Part shown: positions 58,066-64,000 of the stretch, one piece after another
Numbering within the stretch: position 1 is the stretch's first letter
Layout of the letters: every line of letters starts with the position of its first letter
DNA from: an uncultured Planctomycetia bacterium
GTDB lineage: Bacteria; Omnitrophota; Gorgyraeia; 1-14-0-20-64-10
NCBI GenBank assembly: GCA_964373715.1
Contig: CAYJVR010000004.1
Location: 89,255-153,254 of the forward strand
Reading direction: 5' to 3'
DNA length: 64,000 bases
The notes under the pieces: generated by a model
What the model was told of the DNA's origin: nothing
Databases searched by the model: none
Seen by the model: the letters and a program-made list of their open reading frames with translations, nothing else
Made by a program: the position numbers and the translations under genes

Positions 58066-59004
58066 ATGGCTGACGACATTCTGATTGAAACAATCCATCT
58101 GCGTCGGGAGTACGGCGACACAATCGCCGTACAGGATGTCAACCTCACCGTCCCGAAAGGGGCTGTGGTCGCGCTGGTGGGCCCGAACGGCGCCGGAAAG
58201 ACCACCCTCCTGAAAATGATGGCCGCGCTGCTGGAGCCGACCCGCGGAACAGCCCGGATCTGCGGCCTGGATGTCCGGGAATCCCCCCGGGAAGTCCATT
58301 CCAAAATCGGGTTCCTCCCTGACTTTTACGGGCTCTACGATGAGCTGACGGTGAGGGAGTATCTGGAGTACTTCGGAATGGCCTACCGCCTCGAAAAAAA
58401 CCGCCGGGAGGATATTATTGACCGGGCGCTGGCCCTCGTCACGCTGATAGACAAAAGCAGCAGCCCGATCGAAACCCTCTCGCGGGGGATGCGGCAAAGG
58501 CTGGCGATCGCCCGAACCCTGCTGCACGACCCGCCGGTCCTGCTGCTGGACGAACCGGCGGCCGGCTTGGATCCGGAGGGCAGGCACGATCTGCAGCAGC
58601 TGTTCCGCCGGCTGGCACAGGAGGGAAAAACCTTGATCGTCTCCTCTCACATCCTCACCGAACTGGAGGATTACTGCAGTCACATCGCCATTCTGCAGAA
58701 GGGGACCCTTGCCGCCGCCGGAAGAGCGGATCAAATCCGGGAATCGCTCACAAAGGAACGGCAGCTGAGGATACGAGTTTCTTCCGATTCCGGCGATCTG
58801 GAGAATCTGCTTAAAGGATTTCCGAACGTGGAGCGGTGTGTCAAAGAGCCGGAGTGTTGGCTTATCTCCTTTTCCGGCGGAGATCAGGAGCAGCACGCGC
58901 TGCTGAAACATCTGGTCGACGCCGGCGTTACGGTCACCTTCTTCGGCGAAGAAAAACGGACTATTCAGGACACCTACTTAGCGCTGATGAACAGAAAGCC
59001 ATGA
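58066..59004 (+). CDS. ABC transporter ATP-binding protein
   Basis: Walker A GPNGAGKTT, signature LSRGMRQRL, Walker B LLLLDEPAAGLD. Confidence 0.85.
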   Translation: MADDILIETIHLRREYGDTIAVQDVNLTVPKGAVVALVGPNGAGKTTLLKMMAALLEPTRGTARICGLDVRESPREVHSKIGFLPDFYGLYDELTVREYLEYFGMAYRLEKNRREDIIDRALALVTLIDKSSSPIETLSRGMRQRLAIARTLLHDPPVLLLDEPAAGLDPEGRHDLQQLFRRLAQEGKTLIVSSHILTELEDYCSHIAILQKGTLAAAGRADQIRESLTKERQLRIRVSSDSGDLENLLKGFPNVERCVKEPECWLISFSGGDQEQHALLKHLVDAGVTVTFFGEEKRTIQDTYLALMNRKP

Positions 59005-60362
59005 ACCTATTCTCCCGTTTCCCTGATCTGTATCGCTACACGCGCAGTGAAGCTACCAGGGCCCGCTTGCTGGCCGGTTTCCTGACCTCAAACTTCATCT
59101 GTTTCTCCGTTTTCGTTTTCATGAAGGATTTGCCGAACCGATGGATGGCCTTCTACCACACGGCGCTGTGGCTGCAGATTTTGCCCCTGCTGGTCTACGG
59201 GACGCTGCGGACGACCGGCGCAATCTCCCAGGAACGATTGGAAAGAACTTGGGATTTCCAGAGATTGACGCCTCTGAACTCATTCGACATCACGCTGGGC
59301 AAACTCCTCGGAGCGCCGGTTTTCGGCTATTTCCTCTTCGCGGCAATGCTACCCTGGACCTTTCTGGTGATCCTGGCGTCGGGTGATATAGGCTTGGCCG
59401 ATTTCTGGGCGACCTACCGGCTGCCTTTCGCGGTCGCTTTCTTCGCGCTGAACTTCGGCCTTCTGATCTCCGCCCAGTCTTTCGACGGCCGCCAGAGCAA
59501 ATTCGCCAGCTCGATGGGGGCCTTCCTGGGGCTTTGGGCAGTTTCCCAGCTGGTTTCGATGCAGGCCGTCCACATCGTGAAGAGGCTGCATCCGGAAAAC
59601 TCCGCGGTCCAGCAAACGGTCTCTTTTTACAGCCTGCCGATGAGCTTTGAGGGTTTCATGATCCTCAGCCTGGTTGTCTACGGTATCTGGGCATTTTTCG
59701 GGGCGCAGTGGAGGATCGGCGAGGATCTGCTGGAGAAAAGGAGATTCTGGCGGTTCCCCGCCTTCCTGGTTTTTTTGACCTGGTATACGCTGGGAAGCAG
59801 CGTTCCCATGGGCTTCCCTGTCCCATCAAATTCCAAGGAGATAAGTACCCTCACCGCATTGGCCTACGCTTGTTTTTTCGTCTACGCCGGCGGATTCCTC
59901 TGGGTGGAACGGGCCGATTACTGGAGGCGCTGGCTGCGCGGACGGAAGGAGGACCCCGACTGGCTTGACCGGACGCCGGTATGGGTAACAGGCTATATCT
60001 CTTTGGCGGTCATCGCGGCATACTTAAGCGTGCTGGCACTTCTGAAAATTCAAGGAGGCTGGTCGAGGGTGCTGGTCCTGCTTCCTCTGTTCGCAGGAAG
60101 AGACCTTTTTTTCCTGCAGTGGTGCCGATTCACCCGGAGCCGGCGGGCCGACATGATGGCAGCTATTTACATCTGCCTGGCCTACGCTTTGCCCCCGATG
60201 CTGCTGGCTCCCTTTAAACTGACGGCGCACTCATATCTCTATGCTCCGATACCGCAGGGTCAGGTTGGCTTCCTTCAAAATATCATTCCCGGTTTTCTGC
60301 AGATGCTCCTGGCGGGGCTGCTGGTCTTCCGAAAGCTCCACTCACAGCCCCAGCCGGAATAA
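59001..60362 (+). CDS. polytopic membrane protein, putative ABC-2 type permease partner
   Basis: The ATG at 59001 overlaps the ATPase stop (ATGA). About 10-12 TM helices; the ORF-track upstream extension to 58836 overlaps the ATPase gene. Confidence 0.55.
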   Translation: MNLFSRFPDLYRYTRSEATRARLLAGFLTSNFICFSVFVFMKDLPNRWMAFYHTALWLQILPLLVYGTLRTTGAISQERLERTWDFQRLTPLNSFDITLGKLLGAPVFGYFLFAAMLPWTFLVILASGDIGLADFWATYRLPFAVAFFALNFGLLISAQSFDGRQSKFASSMGAFLGLWAVSQLVSMQAVHIVKRLHPENSAVQQTVSFYSLPMSFEGFMILSLVVYGIWAFFGAQWRIGEDLLEKRRFWRFPAFLVFLTWYTLGSSVPMGFPVPSNSKEISTLTALAYACFFVYAGGFLWVERADYWRRWLRGRKEDPDWLDRTPVWVTGYISLAVIAAYLSVLALLKIQGGWSRVLVLLPLFAGRDLFFLQWCRFTRSRRADMMAAIYICLAYALPPMLLAPFKLTAHSYLYAPIPQGQVGFLQNIIPGFLQMLLAGLLVFRKLHSQPQPE

Positions 60363-60495
60363 CCGAAAAATACACTAGAAAAGAAACTGCCGATACGATG
60401 AGTGAGCAAGGAAAAATCGCGAGCAAGAAACCGGAAATCCGGCAGGTCTGGGAATCGGGTCGGGTAATGTTCCTGCTGAGCTTCTGATCGAGCAG

Positions 60496-60957
60496 ATGAA
60501 CCATTTCAGCGACAACATTTCAAGCGCGGACACCAAAGCAACATTCTTGATCGGTATTCTAAGCGCCTTGCTCGTTACCTTCTACACCAACGACGCGCGC
60601 AAAACGCTCTCTTGTCCTAGAACCGACTGGGGTCCGGTCCAATGGGTTACCCTCTGCTCTTTGGCATGCTTGGCAGCCGGAATACTTCTGGGGATTTATG
60701 TCGTCCGGCCCCGCCTCCTTAAAAACAGGGGCAATGGCCTGATTTCCTGGCCTCATGTGAGCGGCTTTAAAACCTGCACCGATTATGTGAGCCAGTTGGG
60801 CAACTCCTCCCGTTCAGAAATACTAGGAGAGCTGGCGGGCAGCAACTATGACCTCTCGAAGATCTGCGCGGCGAAATACTACTGGCTCAGCTGGTCATTC
60901 CACGTGGGGGGAACCGGTTTGATCGCAACGCTGCTGGCGCAGATCATCTCCCCCTGA
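60496..60957 (+). CDS. hypothetical membrane protein
   Basis: A 153-aa protein with 3-4 TM helices; no motifs. Confidence 0.35.
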   Translation: MNHFSDNISSADTKATFLIGILSALLVTFYTNDARKTLSCPRTDWGPVQWVTLCSLACLAAGILLGIYVVRPRLLKNRGNGLISWPHVSGFKTCTDYVSQLGNSSRSEILGELAGSNYDLSKICAAKYYWLSWSFHVGGTGLIATLLAQIISP

Positions 60958-61248
60958 AACAGAAACACGTGAGGATGCTTGCAGGCTCAGCAAGTCTCTC
61001 TGCAGAATAAAACCTCGATAAGTGCTTCTCTAAATTTAGTATTTGTTAATAAATACCGCATTTAAAATAACCCGACGGATACGCAAAAACAGCGGAATCT
61101 GTTATCGGAAGAATTTTCGGTATGATTTTTACTCCTTGCAACTTATAAACTTATGAAACCATCTGTTAATTGTACGCTATAGCTTATTCAGCTTCCTGAA
61201 AATCTTTCAAAAGCCAAGTAAACTTAGAAGTGAGGCAAAAGTAAAATC

Positions 61249-62070
61249 ATGATAAACGGACCGTATTACGGCGAAAATGAGGCTTTCCTTAAGAAAAAGC
61301 CTCACATCGGGCAAATCCTGGTGGAGCGCAAGGTGATCACGCCTAAGCAGCTTCAGGAGGCTTTGGATCATCAGAAGAGCCATGGGGGGCTGCTGCTCGG
61401 ACAGATATTCATCCATTTGGGGTTTGTCTCTGAAGAAGAGCTGGCCATCGCCATGACCAGCCTCTACCACCTGCCTTACCTGCCTCTGCACCACTACGAA
61501 ATTGACGGATGGGCCGTAGATCTTATCCCCCAAGAGATGGCGAAAGAGAACCTGATCATTCCGATTGAGAGGATGGGCAACTCATTGACCGTCGTCATAG
61601 CCGATCCCTCTAACACTCAGGCCCTGGAAAAAATCCGGCAGATTACCCACTGTGAGATCCTGCTGCTCGTCAGCACTGCTTCGGACATCAGGACGATGAT
61701 CGACCTTTACTACAACTCCCAGGCCGGCCGGCACGAACGGCGGAACGAGCCGAGATTCAACCGGCAGCTGCCGCTCATCGTCGCCGATGAAACTCAAGTG
61801 GTCAAAAGTCACACGCGGGACATCAGCGCAACCGGCATATCTTGCCTGCTAACCAAGCCGTTCCGCCAATCCGCTAAAGTGGACATCTTCCTCAGCATGC
61901 CCAGCGAGCCGCACCCAAACCTCATTAAAAGCCGAGGCACCGTCGTTTGGATCCGCCCAATCCCTGTCGCCCCGGAAATCGGTTGGAATTACCAGACAGG
62001 AATCTGTATGAGTGATCTCTCCGAGGAAAACCGTTCCAAGATCCGCCAGTTCCTCGAAATCGCCGCTTAG
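61249..62070 (+). CDS. fusion of the type II secretion/T4P ATPase GspE N-terminal (T2SSE_N) domain with a PilZ c-di-GMP-binding domain
   Basis: ILVERKVITPKQLQEALDHQK...LGFVSEEELAIAMTSLYHLPYL...VVIADPSNTQALEKIRQITHCEILLLVSTASDIRTMIDLYY is a GspE_N-like domain. RRNEPRFNRQLPLIV...DISATGISC is the PilZ RxxxR...D/NxSxxG motif. Confidence 0.65.
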   Translation: MINGPYYGENEAFLKKKPHIGQILVERKVITPKQLQEALDHQKSHGGLLLGQIFIHLGFVSEEELAIAMTSLYHLPYLPLHHYEIDGWAVDLIPQEMAKENLIIPIERMGNSLTVVIADPSNTQALEKIRQITHCEILLLVSTASDIRTMIDLYYNSQAGRHERRNEPRFNRQLPLIVADETQVVKSHTRDISATGISCLLTKPFRQSAKVDIFLSMPSEPHPNLIKSRGTVVWIRPIPVAPEIGWNYQTGICMSDLSEENRSKIRQFLEIAA

Positions 62071-62080
62071 GAAAAAGCTC

Positions 62081-63481
62081 CTAGCCCGACAAATCTTTCA
62101 TGGCCTGCCGGATCCCCGGAAAAGCCTTGAGGAAAACCTTGACTATTTTTGGATCAAAGTGCTTTCCGGATTCCCGCTTTAGATGCGCTATAACATCCTC
62201 AAAGCTCCACCGCTGCTTGTAAACCCGGCGGGAGCTGAGGGCGTCGAAAACATCCACGAGCCCGACGATTCGCCCTTCCATCGGAATATGGCTCCCTTTA
62301 AGCCCTTTGGGATACCCGGAACCGTCATATTTTTCATGGTGTGTGAGGGCAATCCGCTCCGCCATCCGCATCAACTGGGAATCCGCCTGGGCCAAGATCT
62401 TAGCCCCATAGATGGTATGCTTGCAAATCTCCTCCCACTCGCTTTCGGTTAAATTGCCCCGCATAATCGTCAGCTTCTTCACCTCATCGACCGTCAGCAA
62501 AGGCTTCACCTTCCCGTCGCGATCCATAAAGCGCTGGGAACCGATGTGGCGGATCTGCGCCATCAGCGGTTCGGGCATTTCTATGCTGGAGGGGCGATTC
62601 GCCTGACGGATCTCCTCCGCAAACCGGGAGATTTCTTTTAAGCGTTCCGCAGGCGCATCAACCAATTTCAGCTTTTCTGACCACCACGCCAACCGGTACT
62701 CTATCGCCCCGAGCTCGGTCGACGTGAGTTTCTCCGATTTGAGCAAAATGGCATCCGGCGTGGCCACTTTTCCTATGTCATGCAAGGTCGAGGCAAGCCG
62801 GATCATTTCGACCTCCTCGGGCTCCATCCCCATTGTTTCGGCAACCAAACACGTGTAGACGGACACGCGCTTAAGATGCGCCGCCGTATCGTGCTGATCC
62901 CGATGCTCCGCCATCAACGCCAGACGAAATATGGTCTCTTGTTGGGCCTGCTTGAGATCGTCATAGAGTTGAGAGTTTTCCACCGCCACTGAAGCATGAT
63001 TCGAAAGGATTGTTAAAAGCCGTTCATCTTCCTGAGTAAACCATCCCCGCCTTTTATTCAAAACCTCGAAAACGCCTAGCACGTTCTGGTTTTTGGAATC
63101 CCACATCGGCATCATTAAGGCAGTCTTAGTGTGATACCCCGTCTGCACATCCACGTGACGCGAAAACCGGCTGTCGGCATAAACATCGCGAACATTGATG
63201 GTCTTGCATGTCAGAAAAGCCTGCCCGGCTAATCCTTGCCCTTTGCGGAGCAGAATGGTTTTCGTCTCCATCCCCTGCGCAAGCTTCGACCATAACTGAC
63301 CGGTCCGCCGGTCCACCAAAAACACCGTGCACCGGTCCGCCTCCAAAACCTGACGCGCCGCCTCCGTCAAGAGAACCAATAACCGGTCAAGGTCGGTTTC
63401 CGAGGCAATCTTTAAGTCATACTTCAGCAGAAGCAAAAGCTTTTGACTAAGATTGCTGCCCATGCGCGAAACCTCCTGCAA
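62081..63481 (-). CDS. GAF domain + HD-GYP domain c-di-GMP phosphodiesterase
   Basis: N-terminal GAF (RCTVFLVDRRTGQLWSKLAQGME...); C-terminal HD (LHDIGKVATPDAILLK) and HHEKYDGSGYPKGL (HD-GYP signature). Confidence 0.8.
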   Translation of the reverse strand: MQEVSRMGSNLSQKLLLLLKYDLKIASETDLDRLLVLLTEAARQVLEADRCTVFLVDRRTGQLWSKLAQGMETKTILLRKGQGLAGQAFLTCKTINVRDVYADSRFSRHVDVQTGYHTKTALMMPMWDSKNQNVLGVFEVLNKRRGWFTQEDERLLTILSNHASVAVENSQLYDDLKQAQQETIFRLALMAEHRDQHDTAAHLKRVSVYTCLVAETMGMEPEEVEMIRLASTLHDIGKVATPDAILLKSEKLTSTELGAIEYRLAWWSEKLKLVDAPAERLKEISRFAEEIRQANRPSSIEMPEPLMAQIRHIGSQRFMDRDGKVKPLLTVDEVKKLTIMRGNLTESEWEEICKHTIYGAKILAQADSQLMRMAERIALTHHEKYDGSGYPKGLKGSHIPMEGRIVGLVDVFDALSSRRVYKQRWSFEDVIAHLKRESGKHFDPKIVKVFLKAFPGIRQAMKDLSG

Positions 63482-63573
63482 TAATAAACTCTAAGCGGAA
63501 GACTCTATTCCCGCACATCTCTGAAACCCTTCAGAACCGGCCGCATAAAACCGCGCTAGCCGCGTTGCGAGTA

Positions 63574-64000
63574 TCATGCTAGGAGGAAACACATGGCCAG
63601 CGCCAGAGCGATGCGGTACCAGCCGAACAGAACTAATCCGTGGTTTTGAAGATAGCCAATGAAGGCTCGAATAGTGAACATGGCGACAAAGATAGTTGTC
63701 AGGAACCCGCTGATGATCGCTATCCAGCCCGTCTCTTGGAAAAGTAACGGTCCGCCCTTTGCTGCTTCGAACAGGGTTGCCGCCCCCATGCTCGGCAACG
63801 CCAGCAGAAAGCTGTATTCAGCAGCCATTGGGCCAGGTAATCCCAAACATATCCCTGCCAAAATGGTGACCATCGATCGAGACATTCCCGGCCAGAACGC
63901 ACAGCATTGAGCCAGACCGATGATCGCAGCATCCTTCGCTGTCAGCGTTCCCATGCCCCGAGTCTGTCTACCTGCCCGCGACGGCCTGTCAAACATAACC
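63574..64000 (-). CDS. uppP: undecaprenyl-diphosphatase (BacA/UppP), C-terminal part; the gene continues beyond the window end
   Basis: GMSRSMVTILAGICLGL and EYSFLLALPSMGAAT are UppP motifs; the ORF is open to the window edge. Confidence 0.7.
   Translation of the reverse strand, partial: VMFDRPSRAGRQTRGMGTLTAKDAAIIGLAQCCAFWPGMSRSMVTILAGICLGLPGPMAAEYSFLLALPSMGAATLFEAAKGGPLLFQETGWIAIISGFLTTIFVAMFTIRAFIGYLQNHGLVLFGWYRIALALAMCFLLA

Overview
This is a GC-rich (~60%) bacterial chromosomal segment, probably from an uncultivated diderm lineage: it carries LptF/LptG, PEP-CTERM and prepilin-type pseudopilin genes. Most of the window is core metabolism and housekeeping. There is a TCA block (gltA-mdh-sucC-sucD) and 2-oxoacid:ferredoxin oxidoreductase korAB, plus eno, metK, ahcY, serC, trxA, purN, rlmD, a pseudouridine synthase and ahpC-ahpD with a divergent OxyR-like LysR regulator. 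A sugar-permease-less regulatory PTS operon (ptsN, HPr, EI) is interleaved with glycogen genes (GH57, a GDE-family debranching enzyme, PGI/PMI, a sugar nucleotidyltransferase). On the minus strand there is a four-tRNA cluster (Gly-GCC, Leu-TAG, Lys-CTT, Arg-TCG) and a separate tRNA(CAT) gene split by a ~223-nt Azoarcus-type group I intron. The most unusual content is a family of five paralogous Sec-secreted, Gly-rich fibre-like proteins, each ending in a phage-tail-fibre intramolecular-chaperone (peptidase S74) domain, with no phage genes nearby. Three of them sit in tandem, translationally coupled, directly downstream of a three-gene pseudopilin (type II secretion / type IV filament minor pilin-like) operon; I propose this as a candidate pseudopilus-associated fibre or adhesin system. 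Other points of interest are a 312-bp GC-rich imperfect-palindromic element with 13-bp terminal inverted repeats upstream of a CBS-korAB block, a c-di-GMP module (GspE-N-terminal+PilZ fusion convergent with a GAF-HD-GYP phosphodiesterase), and a degenerate duplicate of the tRNA-Gly 3' end. No CRISPR, IS transposase, integrase or recognisable defence-system genes were seen.
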